A stretch of 64,000 nt of DNA from positions 4,352,001-4,416,000 of the forward strand of contig OZ244587.1 in NCBI GenBank assembly GCA_965218095.1, in the 5' to 3' direction. Source of the stretch: Candidatus Poribacteria bacterium (lineage in GTDB: Bacteria > Poribacteria > WGA-4E > PCPOR2b). Below are positions 31,379 through 40,217 of the stretch, piece by piece. Numbering within the stretch: position 1 is the first letter of the stretch; every line of letters starts with the position of its first letter. Both the position numbers and the translations under genes were made by a program. The notes beneath the pieces are model-generated. The model made no database searches. It was not told where the DNA came from and saw only the letters and a program-made list of their open reading frames with translations.

Positions 31379-33367
31379 TTACTTCATCTTGTACCATTCC
31401 CAGACGCGGTTATGTACAAAACCGCCCCAAATTGGCCCTCTGTGCTGGCTGAAGTACGGGTGATACACCCGTGGGTTGTTGCCGATGTCCTTTCTGAAGA
31501 CTATAAACGCTCTAGCGCCTCCCATCGGGATTGTTCCTCGCCACGCATCCCGCCCAATGAGGTCGGCAATTTGCCGAAGGGCGGTTTCCTCCTCAATCAC
31601 CCCTGCCTCGTGGGCATTGACGATCCGGAGCCACTCCACCTGCCAGGGGAGCGGATGGGTCGCACCAGTTTTTCGTTGAAACGAAGGTAGATTACTCGGC
31701 ATCATGGGCAGTACATGGGCAGGCAATCGGTCATGCTTCAGAAAATACATCGGCCCGTGCCCGAAACCGGGGGCTTTAATGTACATATCGAAATCCCCGG
31801 GATTGGTGATGGCATCCATCATGAGCTGCTCATTCATCGCGTCGATTTTGGCGTCGAAGCCTATATCTCTCAATTGCTCGACGAGGTCTTCCCCGCCCCG
31901 GACGCGGCTGACATCGTGAACCGCGACCACAATCGTGAAGTCCACCGGTTTGCCCGCTCTGGGGGTACTCGGCGGGAATTCTCGCCAGCCATCGCCATCG
32001 GTGTCAATGACCCCAATTTCCTCCAGCATCTTCAGACCCAGGGACCGATCCTCCTTCAATTCGTACTCCGCCACAATCTCTGGAAACTGCTCCTTCAGGA
32101 CGTCCGGCAGCGGAGACCTATCAGCGACCATCACCGGAGACGTCCGCTCTGCCATCTGGTCTCGGTCCATAATCAGGCTGAGTGCCTTCTGGAATTTGGG
32201 ATGGGTGAACAGCCACCGCAGGCTTTCGTCCGGATGATCGAAATTCAGCCACAGGGCATAGAACCGACTGACCTCGGGAAACAGGAGTAACCGGATATTG
32301 GCTCGTGCCTCATTTTGCTTAATCAGCCCCGCCTCCATCATACTAGATGGAAAGCCCCCCAGATCAATAGCTATCTCCCCGGAAATAAGCCCCAGCGCGA
32401 CCTCGCTCCCACTGGTACTCTGCTTAAATAAAAAACGGTCAAAATAGGGCAACTGCTGTCCTTTGCGGTCCACTTTCCAGTAATAAGGGTTGCGTTCACA
32501 GACCAACTTGTCGCCGAGAACCCCAACTGTGACCCACGGCGCTAGAACCGCCGGTCTCTGCTTGGGCTTGGGCATCCGCGCCCCCTGCCAGTCAGCGAGG
32601 GTCGCTTCCGGGTTGTACGTGGGGTGGACCTTTACCATTTCATGTTTCGGCAGAATGTAGAACACCGGCCCCTCTCCGGGGACAAACATGTCTGCAATCA
32701 GCGTGGGATGCGGTTGGGGCATCACAATCTTGAAGGTGTAATCGTCAATCTTCCCCATCTCGGTGGCACCACCTATGGGAAGCATGCGTCGGATTAAGAT
32801 ACTATGAGGATTGACCAAATCGTCGTTGAGGATAACATCATAGTAGGTGAACAAGATGTCGTCAACGGTGAAAGGAACACCGTCAGACCACTTGACCCCC
32901 TGGCGCAGATAAACGGTAATCACTCTGCCGTCCTCGGAGAACTCCCAACTCTCGGCCAGGTCCGGCTCCAGTACAGGCTCTTCATCAAGGCTCCAGATTG
33001 CCAGGCTCTGAAAGAATGCGCCTTGCGTTCTGTTTCCCTGTCCCACAATATATACATTCATTGGATAATCAATCCCCACGAAGATGTTGTGAGCCAGAAT
33101 GTCGCTGTAAGCGCCAATCTCGGGGGCTTTTGAAACCAGGGGGTTTGTGGGGAGGCGCTCCTCGACTGGGGGGAGCTTGCCAGCCCGGACTCGTTCAGCC
33201 AACATCGGTGCTTCGCTAAACTGCGTGATTACCTCGACTGTAGGCGGCTCCGCTGGTGGAGGGGGCTCCGTCGCCGGTTGGTCGCAGCCCGACAGCACTA
33301 ACAACATGATCATGATAGTGCTGACCAACAGCATCAGCCAAAGGTAGTGAGCGAGAATGGTTTTCAT
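31379..33367 (-). CDS. Family-5 ABC substrate-binding lipoprotein, paralogue 3
   Basis: Same motifs, with the most divergent variable segments of the four. Confidence 0.93.
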   Translation of the reverse strand: MKTILAHYLWLMLLVSTIMIMLLVLSGCDQPATEPPPPAEPPTVEVITQFSEAPMLAERVRAGKLPPVEERLPTNPLVSKAPEIGAYSDILAHNIFVGIDYPMNVYIVGQGNRTQGAFFQSLAIWSLDEEPVLEPDLAESWEFSEDGRVITVYLRQGVKWSDGVPFTVDDILFTYYDVILNDDLVNPHSILIRRMLPIGGATEMGKIDDYTFKIVMPQPHPTLIADMFVPGEGPVFYILPKHEMVKVHPTYNPEATLADWQGARMPKPKQRPAVLAPWVTVGVLGDKLVCERNPYYWKVDRKGQQLPYFDRFLFKQSTSGSEVALGLISGEIAIDLGGFPSSMMEAGLIKQNEARANIRLLLFPEVSRFYALWLNFDHPDESLRWLFTHPKFQKALSLIMDRDQMAERTSPVMVADRSPLPDVLKEQFPEIVAEYELKEDRSLGLKMLEEIGVIDTDGDGWREFPPSTPRAGKPVDFTIVVAVHDVSRVRGGEDLVEQLRDIGFDAKIDAMNEQLMMDAITNPGDFDMYIKAPGFGHGPMYFLKHDRLPAHVLPMMPSNLPSFQRKTGATHPLPWQVEWLRIVNAHEAGVIEEETALRQIADLIGRDAWRGTIPMGGARAFIVFRKDIGNNPRVYHPYFSQHRGPIWGGFVHNRVWEWYKMK

Positions 33368-33517
33368 ATAATTCTTCGCTGTGGGAAGGAAACCACGACT
33401 CCTATCGATTAACTATCAGTGCATCACAAACCACATCTCTCCAAAATTGCAGAGCTAGACGGAAGTATAATCAAAAAAGTTGAGTGGAAAGGAAGGACAT
33501 TAAATTCCTTCCATAAG

Positions 33518-35530
33518 TCACTTCATCTTATACCATTCCCAGATGCGGCCATGCACAAAACCGTTCCAACTATAGAAAATATGCGGACCCTTGTGCTGGC
33601 TGAGGTGCGGGTGATACACCCGCGGGTTGTTGCCGATGTCCTTTCGGAAGACCGTAAACGCTCGGACACCTCCCATCGGGATTGTCCCCCGCCACCCGTC
33701 CCGGCCAATAAGGTGGGCAATCTGCCGGAGCGCGGTTTCCTCCTCAATCACCCCCGCCTCGTATTCGTCCACAAGACGGAGCCATTCTACCTGCCAAGGC
33801 AGGGGATGTGTCGCGCCGGTTTTTCGCTGGAACGAAGGCAGGTCATGCAGCATTACGGGCAGCACGCTGACGGGCAGTCGGTCCCGGTCCAAACAATACA
33901 TTATTCCGTGCCCGAAGCCGGGGGATTTAATGTACATATCGAAATTCCCGGGGCCGGTGATGGTGTCGTTCATGAGTTGCTCGTTCAGCGCGTCGAGTCT
34001 CGCGTCGAAACCCATATCTCTCAATTGTTCGACGAGGTCTTCCCCGCTCCGGACACGGCTAATATCGTGAACCGCGACCACAATCGTGAAACCCACCGGT
34101 TTGCCCGATTCGGGGACGCTAGGTGGAAATTCTCTCCAGCCATCGCTGTCCGTGTCAACGACCCCAATCTCCTCCAGCAGCGTGAGACCCAGGGGTCGAT
34201 CGTCCTTCAATTCATATTTCGCAGCGAGCTCTGGGAACCGCTCTTTCAAGGTATCCGGCAGCAGGGACCTATCGGCGACCATCATCGCCCCCGTTCGCTC
34301 CGCCATCTGGTCTCGGTCCATAATCAAGCTGAGTGCTTCTTGGAACTTCGGATTTGTGAACAGCCACCGCAGATTTTCGTCGGGATGATCGAAATTCAGC
34401 CACAGGGCATGGATGCGATTGACTTCGGGAAAGATGAGCAGCTTGAGATTGGCTCGTTTCTCATTTTGCTTAACGAGCCCCGCCTCCATCATACACGCGC
34501 CGCCTATATCGGCAGTGATCTCTCCTGAGATGAGCCCCAGCGCTACCTCGCTTCCACTGGCACTCAGCTTAAATAAGAATCGGTCAAAATAAGGCAACTG
34601 CTGTCCCCGACGGTCCACTTTCCAGTAGTAAGGGTTGCGTTCGCACACCAGCTTGTCGCCAAGGATCCCAACCGTAATCCATGGGGCAAGCACCGCCCAT
34701 GGGGCAAGCACCGCCGGTCTCTGCTCAGGCTTGGGCATCCGAGCCCCTTGCCAGTCGGCGAGGGTCGCTTCGGGATTGTATTTGGGATGGACCTTTATCA
34801 TTTCATGTTTCGGAAGAATGTGGAACCCTGTCGTCGCCCCGGGTACAAACAGGTCTTCAATCAGGATGGGATGCGGTTGGGTCATGACGATCTTGAAAGT
34901 ATAGTCGTTGATTTTCACCATCTCGGTGTCGCCGCCGATGGCAAGAAGGCGTCGGATTCCGGTACTTTGCGGGTTGACCAAATCGTTATTGTGGATGACA
35001 TCGTAGTACATGAACAGAATGTCGTTGACGGTGAACGGCACGCCGTCAGACCACTTGCCCCCCGGACGGAGATGAACTGTAATCACTTTCCCGTCGTCGG
35101 AGAACTCCCAACTCTCCGCCAGGTCTGGCTCCAGGACGGACTCTTCATTGAGGCTCCAAATCGCTAGGCTTTGAAAGAATGTGTGTTGCGTTCTGTTTGC
35201 CTGTCCCACAAGATACAAATTCATCGGATAATCAATTCCCTCGAAGATGTTGTGAGCCAGGACGTCGCTGTAAGACCCAATCTCGGGGGCTTTTGAGACG
35301 ACGGGGTTGGCGGGGAGACGCTCCTCAACGGGCGGGAGCTTGCCGGCCTGAACCCGTTCGGCGAGCATGGGGGCTTCGCTAAACTGCGTGGTCGCCTCAA
35401 TTGTAGCCGGTTCCACTGGTGGAGGGCCTTCTGTCGTCGGTTGGTCACAGCCTGACAGCCCGAACAACAGCATCACAATGCTGCTGCACAGCAACATTGG
35501 CCAACGGGAGTGAGTGAGATTGGATTTCAA
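33518..35530 (-). CDS. Family-5 ABC substrate-binding lipoprotein, paralogue 4
   Basis: Same motifs. TTG start chosen by alignment to the paralogues. Carries an in-frame 18-bp duplication (AVLAPW x2). Confidence 0.9.
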   Translation of the reverse strand: MKSNLTHSRWPMLLCSSIVMLLFGLSGCDQPTTEGPPPVEPATIEATTQFSEAPMLAERVQAGKLPPVEERLPANPVVSKAPEIGSYSDVLAHNIFEGIDYPMNLYLVGQANRTQHTFFQSLAIWSLNEESVLEPDLAESWEFSDDGKVITVHLRPGGKWSDGVPFTVNDILFMYYDVIHNNDLVNPQSTGIRRLLAIGGDTEMVKINDYTFKIVMTQPHPILIEDLFVPGATTGFHILPKHEMIKVHPKYNPEATLADWQGARMPKPEQRPAVLAPWAVLAPWITVGILGDKLVCERNPYYWKVDRRGQQLPYFDRFLFKLSASGSEVALGLISGEITADIGGACMMEAGLVKQNEKRANLKLLIFPEVNRIHALWLNFDHPDENLRWLFTNPKFQEALSLIMDRDQMAERTGAMMVADRSLLPDTLKERFPELAAKYELKDDRPLGLTLLEEIGVVDTDSDGWREFPPSVPESGKPVGFTIVVAVHDISRVRSGEDLVEQLRDMGFDARLDALNEQLMNDTITGPGNFDMYIKSPGFGHGIMYCLDRDRLPVSVLPVMLHDLPSFQRKTGATHPLPWQVEWLRLVDEYEAGVIEEETALRQIAHLIGRDGWRGTIPMGGVRAFTVFRKDIGNNPRVYHPHLSQHKGPHIFYSWNGFVHGRIWEWYKMK

Positions 35531-35644
35531 TCTGTTTTTCCTTTGCTTGCTTGCGCGTTTAACAATTTGGTGAGATCCAGAGCGTTTCTGCCAGGATAGG
35601 TAAATTGTATCACACTTCTCACAAACTGTAAACATTGAATGTCT

Positions 35645-35775
35645 GGTGTAGGGGCATTTAATTATCGAGATTCTTCACTTCGTTCAGAATGACAGATTCA
35701 GTCATCCTGAGGCTTTGCGAAGGATCTCAATCATGATTCTCTGTAGGCTGATTGGAGAATTAAATAGCCCCACTC
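35645..35775. repeat. Intergenic nested repeat containing GAGATTCTTCACTTCGTTCAGAATGAC / GTCATCCTGA
   Basis: Outer GGGGCATTTAATT...AATTAAATAGCCCC inverted pair. The inner unit is related to the one at ~2787-2847. Confidence 0.5.
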
Positions 35776-35859
35776 TGGTGATAGGGTCATTCAGTTTTCG
35801 GTTTTTGACCTGTCCCCTGGACTGACCTCTCTGTGGCATACTTTGCGTCCTTACCTGCT

Positions 35860-36810
35860 TTACCTCCTTTCACGTTTCATACGCCTCCGCCTGATTTGGC
35901 GTGTCATTTTCATTTGCCATTTCGGATCCGGTTGCGTTTTCCACCGATTGTGCACCCAGAGCCACTGACCAGGATAGTGTCGAATATACTTTTCAAGGAT
36001 TTTCAGGATGCGCGCGGCATTGGTCTGTATATCCTGTTCGAGCTCGCCCGATATTTCCAGGTCAATCGCTGGGGTGATTAGCACGCGATGGCGGTCATCT
36101 GGCTGACGAACATCCATCGACAGAAGGATTGATGCGCCCGTTTTGAGGGCAAGCATCGCAGGCCCACGGACAGCGGAAGCTGGCTTCCCAAAAAAATTGA
36201 CGAAAACGCCTTCCCGCCCTGCATTCTGGTCTGCGAAAAATCCGACAGCAAAATTCTCCTTGAGGGCGCGCAGAGTGCTTCTGACTGCTTGCTTCCGGGT
36301 AATCAACTCTAAACTCAGGCGCTCTCGATATTTGGAGGCAAGCGTATTGAGGTATCTGTTTCTCAAAGGGAAAGCGATTGCCTTTGCGCGATTCGGGATG
36401 AGTACCCCATAGACGAGGGCGAGGAGTTCCCAATTCCCGAAATGGGGAAGAAACACGATGACACCTTTGCCCCGATCCAACGCCTGTATCAGGTTCTCTT
36501 TTCCCTCGACGGTCACTTCTTCCCAGATATTGTCAAAGTTCAATTTAGGAAAACGGAGAAATTCGATTGCCGTTTTTCCCAGATTTCGGAAACTCTCCCG
36601 ACAGATTCGCCCTCGCTCCTCCGCTGACTTCTCATCACCAAACACAATTTGCAGGTTTTCTAAGGCAATTCGACGGCGTTTCTTGAGGGCAAGATAGAGG
36701 AGGTATCCCAGACCGCCCCCTAGCATCAAGGCAAGTTGTTTGGGAAGCCAGCAGACGAATACGCCAAATATACGGACGATAACAGCAAGTAGCCAATCAA
36801 TAATTAACAT
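35860..36810 (-). CDS. Lipid A lauroyl/myristoyl acyltransferase (LpxL/HtrB family)
   Basis: HFGNWE, ADQ, VFVNFFG and PGQWLWVHNRWK. Confidence 0.9.
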   Translation of the reverse strand: MLIIDWLLAVIVRIFGVFVCWLPKQLALMLGGGLGYLLYLALKKRRRIALENLQIVFGDEKSAEERGRICRESFRNLGKTAIEFLRFPKLNFDNIWEEVTVEGKENLIQALDRGKGVIVFLPHFGNWELLALVYGVLIPNRAKAIAFPLRNRYLNTLASKYRERLSLELITRKQAVRSTLRALKENFAVGFFADQNAGREGVFVNFFGKPASAVRGPAMLALKTGASILLSMDVRQPDDRHRVLITPAIDLEISGELEQDIQTNAARILKILEKYIRHYPGQWLWVHNRWKTQPDPKWQMKMTRQIRRRRMKRERR

Positions 36811-36834
36811 TTTCGATGAACCACTTTTTCTCTC

Positions 36835-37122
36835 TTATCCCGCAAGCGCATCGGCTTTCTTCGCCAACTCAAAATCGGACGTGCTAATTCCATCGGCGTC
36901 GTGCGTCATGAGATCAATTGTCACGCGGTTATAAACGTTAAACCACTCCGGATGATGGTTCATCGATTCCGCAACCAGGGCAACGCGCGTCATAAAACCG
37001 AAGGCTTCTATAAACGAGTCGAACTGAAATTGCTTGTGCAGTTTGCCGTTTTCGACTGTCCAGCCCGACAGCTCTGCAAGTTGGGCGCTAATTTCTGCAT
37101 CGGTCAGTTTTTTGACTGCCAT
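36835..37122 (-). CDS. phhB: Pterin-4-alpha-carbinolamine dehydratase
   Basis: AFGFMTRVAL.AE.MNHHPEWFNVYNRV.I.L.THD. Confidence 0.93.
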   Translation of the reverse strand: MAVKKLTDAEISAQLAELSGWTVENGKLHKQFQFDSFIEAFGFMTRVALVAESMNHHPEWFNVYNRVTIDLMTHDADGISTSDFELAKKADALAG

Positions 37123-37157
37123 TTCATTTTCTCCTTAAAAATTGGGTCATTTTAACT

Positions 37158-37376
37158 TGACTTTGTTTGAGATTAAAAGAGATAATCGGCAGATCCACTG
37201 GTGGCTTGCCCCCCGGCCCCTCTCAATCCCCCCAACTTTGGGGGGAAGGGAGGATCGCAAAAACTCCTGAAGTTCCGGTGCTTCGCACCGAGAATCCACG
37301 ATGTGAAGCATCCCGATCTAAAGATCGGGATGCTTTGGGGAATTGTTGGGGGCCGGGGGGCAATGTAACAAAGTCA
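37158..37376. mobile_element. MITE, TIR family TGACTTTGTT, copy 2, with nested inserts
   Basis: TGACTTTGTT...AACAAAGTCA with a perfect 8-bp TSD TTTTAACT. About 120 bp longer than copy 1 because of inserts in the central GC hairpin. Confidence 0.85.
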
Positions 37377-37513
37377 TTTTAACTTTCTTGATTTTGCATT
37401 GTATTGGGATCTCTGGATAAAGTCAAGTTAAAATTTTAACGGAATAGAAATTTACAAAGCAACGAGAGAATTGATGGATTTGGCAATCTATCGGGAGTAG
37501 TAAAATGTGTAAA

Positions 37514-39036
37514 GTGCGTTCCTGTGCAGCATGATGTAATAGGGGTTAAAATCCCCTGACGATAACTTGCAATCGTAAGCCTAACCTTAACTGCGTTGCC
37601 TGAAAAGGCAAGGCGGAAAGCAAAGGGAAACGGCAAATGCCTGCAAGGGAATGTAGACCCTCAGAAGGCATGTCAGGCTAAGAACGTCATGGCTAAAACG
37701 AAAGTTGAACTAGTGTAAGCTTCGTCATTTTAGATCAGGTGAATCTACGAGGGGAAGACTGAAGAACTCCCCAACTACAGCCTGTAGACAAAAGTCAATG
37801 TGGCAAGGATAACGTTTTTCACATACGTTATCAAGGAAGGTGTTTTGTGTTTATGCCTTCTAGGTTCTGTTGACATTTCAACGGAGCCATATAAGAGTGG
37901 AGACAAAGCTGAGAAATCCAAAATAACGGACAGCTAGCTTCTCAAACCGAGAGAAGATACGACGATACCATTTTATCTTGTTGATGAAACATTCAACCCG
38001 ATGTCTCTCTTTGTATAAGTGTTTGCCATACGTTCTTTGGTCAACACGATGACTTTTGGGCGGTATCACCGCAATCGCTCCATTCGCCTCAATAACGGCG
38101 ATAAAAGCGTCCGAATCGTACCCCTTGTCTCCAATCACATATTCACTGTTATATCCGATTATCAACCCTTCCGCCTCAGTTATGTCATGTCTCTGACCGG
38201 GGGTCAGATGTATTCTTAGGGGATTGCCTAGTCCGTCAACTGTGATGTGATTTTTTGTACTGAAACCGCCCCGAGACCGACCTAATGCTTGGTTTTCAGT
38301 GCCACTGTTTTTTTAAGGCGCCAGCTTTTTAAGGCACCCGCCGCAGACGGGTGAGCAGATGGTACTGTCCACAATAAGCGACTCCATATCGGGGTCAGAG
38401 GCGAAGTGGGGGTGCATCTGTGTGAAGATACCTTTGTCGCACCATCGAGCAAACCGCTTGTAGCGGGTGTTCCATTTGCCATAGGTGTCTGGTAGAATCC
38501 GCCATTGAGCCCCGCTACGAGTCACCCACAGGACGGCTTCGACGAAGCGGCGTGTAGCAGCTTCGTCGCCAACATAGATGGTGGGACAGCTTAGAAGAAA
38601 CCGGTATATCTTATTCCATTGTTCATCAGGTAAGGTTATTGGCGTCATTCTTCTATTATGCCACAACCTTATACTCAAATGTCAACAGAACCTAGCAAGT
38701 CGAATGCCATCGGGGTATAGTCAGAGCCTAAAACGTTCACGACGTACACCTTGTGAGAACAGGAAAGTCCCTAAGTTCCTGTCTCAGGAATAAGGGAAAG
38801 GAGATTCGATAGGCTTATTATTAAGCCAAGCCGAATCAGAGTCATGGTTTTGAAAGGATTCTGAAATAGGTTTACCGCTACGGAGATAATCAGGCGTAAA
38901 AACCTGTCCACCGAGCAGATTAGATATTTATCTAAAGTTTAATCACCGTTTATGACTAGGCAAGCCGTGCGCGGTGAAAGTCGCACGCACGGTTTAGAAG
39001 CAGGGAAAATTCCGCAAGGAATCTACCTATGCTTAC
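37514..39036 (+). ncRNA. ORF-less group II (IIB-type) intron ribozyme, interrupted by IS5
   Basis: Canonical 34-nt domain V at 38962-38995 (AGC triad, GAAA loop, AC bulge). Domain VI has a GCAA loop, a bulged A at 39029 (-8) and an AC 3' end at 39036. A 5' GTGCG lies at 37514. About 690 nt after removing the IS. The 5' boundary is less certain than the 3'. Confidence 0.85.
37863..38692 (-). mobile_element. IS5-family element, copy 3, rearranged at the frameshift site
   Basis: Same 16-bp TIRs, TA duplication within a CTAG target. A 5-bp deletion plus a duplicated GCCTTAAAAA segment lie at the orfA/orfB junction. Confidence 0.93.
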
Positions 39037-39143
39037 CCATCCCGTTGACCAATACAAACCTTTGTAAATTCCTAAGAGGGGTAGGAGTATAGATGAAACC
39101 CTATCATGAAAAGGACGTTCCCAAAGTGTAGGAGGAATCGATA

Positions 39144-39281
39144 ATGAAACCGAAACGCAGACCCAAAACATTCGCGGGAAATGTGACCCAAAACCTGAAT
39201 CGACGAAAGCAAGTCGAGGCGATGAAGAAGCAGTTCTTACAAGGTGCTCGAAAACATCAAAGTCAAAACTCCAAACCTTAG
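39144..39281 (+). CDS. Small basic hypothetical protein (45 aa)
   Basis: AGGAGG RBS 8 nt before the ATG. MKPKRRPKTFAGNVTQNLNRRKQVEAMKKQFLQGARKHQSQNSKP. Below the ORF-track cutoff. Confidence 0.55.
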   Translation: MKPKRRPKTFAGNVTQNLNRRKQVEAMKKQFLQGARKHQSQNSKP

Positions 39282-39303
39282 TCTGTCAAGAAAGGAGATT
39301 GGG

Positions 39304-40098
39304 GTGAAGGAAGAACTCGACATTGCCATACAAGCTGCTAAGGAAGCGGGCAAAATCGTAATGGCATATTATCGGAGCAACTATGATGTTCGCGATAAAA
39401 GCCCGAACAACCCCGTCACAACTGCGGATTTGGCAGCCAATCGTCAGATTAGAGAGATAATCCGTCATGCTTTCCCTGACGACGGTTGGCTCTCTGAGGA
39501 GACGAAAGATTCTCCGGATCGATTGGCAAAATCCCGCGTATGGGTCATCGATCCAATTGACGGTACGGAGGAATTCATCGAAGGCTTACCCGAATTTGCC
39601 GTTTCGATCGCCTTCGTAATTGATGGGGCGCCAATCGTTGGCGTGCTGCACAATCCGGCAACAGCGGAGTTCTTTTATGCAAAGGCTGGCACCGGCGCAT
39701 TCTGCAACGGCAAACCGATTCACTGCTCATCATGCGAAACGCTCGAAAAGGCATCCATGCTGGTTAGCCAAACAGAACACCGAAAAGGGTTGTTAGCAGG
39801 ACTTATTTCGCTTGTTTCGGAGATCCGATACATCGGCAGCGTTGCCTACAAATTAGGGCGACTTGCGGCAGGCACGAGCGACCTCTATATCACCGTCCGT
39901 CCGAAAAATGAGTGGGATTTCTGCGCCGGTGATCTTATCCTGCGTGAAGCCGGCGGGGTCCTGTGGGATAAAGCAGGCCAGTCCATGCGGTATAACAAAG
40001 AGATCGTTAAGCAACCGACAGGGCTGTTTGCTGGCAACGCAACCATCGTAAAAAAGATAATCGATGCCTACAGGGAACTTATACCCGTTCAGGTTTAA
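39304..40098 (+). CDS. Inositol monophosphatase family / 3'(2'),5'-bisphosphate nucleotidase (CysQ-like)
   Basis: PVTTAD, LSEE, WVIDPIDGT and EWDFCAG. AAGGAG precedes the GTG at 39304. Confidence 0.9.
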   Translation: MKEELDIAIQAAKEAGKIVMAYYRSNYDVRDKSPNNPVTTADLAANRQIREIIRHAFPDDGWLSEETKDSPDRLAKSRVWVIDPIDGTEEFIEGLPEFAVSIAFVIDGAPIVGVLHNPATAEFFYAKAGTGAFCNGKPIHCSSCETLEKASMLVSQTEHRKGLLAGLISLVSEIRYIGSVAYKLGRLAAGTSDLYITVRPKNEWDFCAGDLILREAGGVLWDKAGQSMRYNKEIVKQPTGLFAGNATIVKKIIDAYRELIPVQV

Positions 40099-40217
40099 AA
40101 TTGCCGATTAAAAGGAAGAGAAGGAGGGAATGGAAGGAAAAGGACAAAGGGAATCCTTTCTTTTCAGGCGTGCGAAAACTGTACTAAAGAGAACCTTCCG
40201 AAGGTTTATGTTCGCGT

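Noticed and set aside
33419-34528. 369-aa plus-strand ORF and similar antisense ORFs repeated over each SBP gene
   Set aside because: These are shadow ORFs opposite real genes. Their recurrence simply mirrors the paralogy.
26289-35530. Diversity-generating retroelement acting on the SBP paralogues
   Set aside because: There is no reverse transcriptase and no template/variable repeat pair with adenine-specific differences. Variation includes indels and all base types.
39244-39303. ORF-track start of the CysQ-like gene
   Set aside because: It overlaps the small basic ORF. AAGGAG supports the GTG at 39304 instead.
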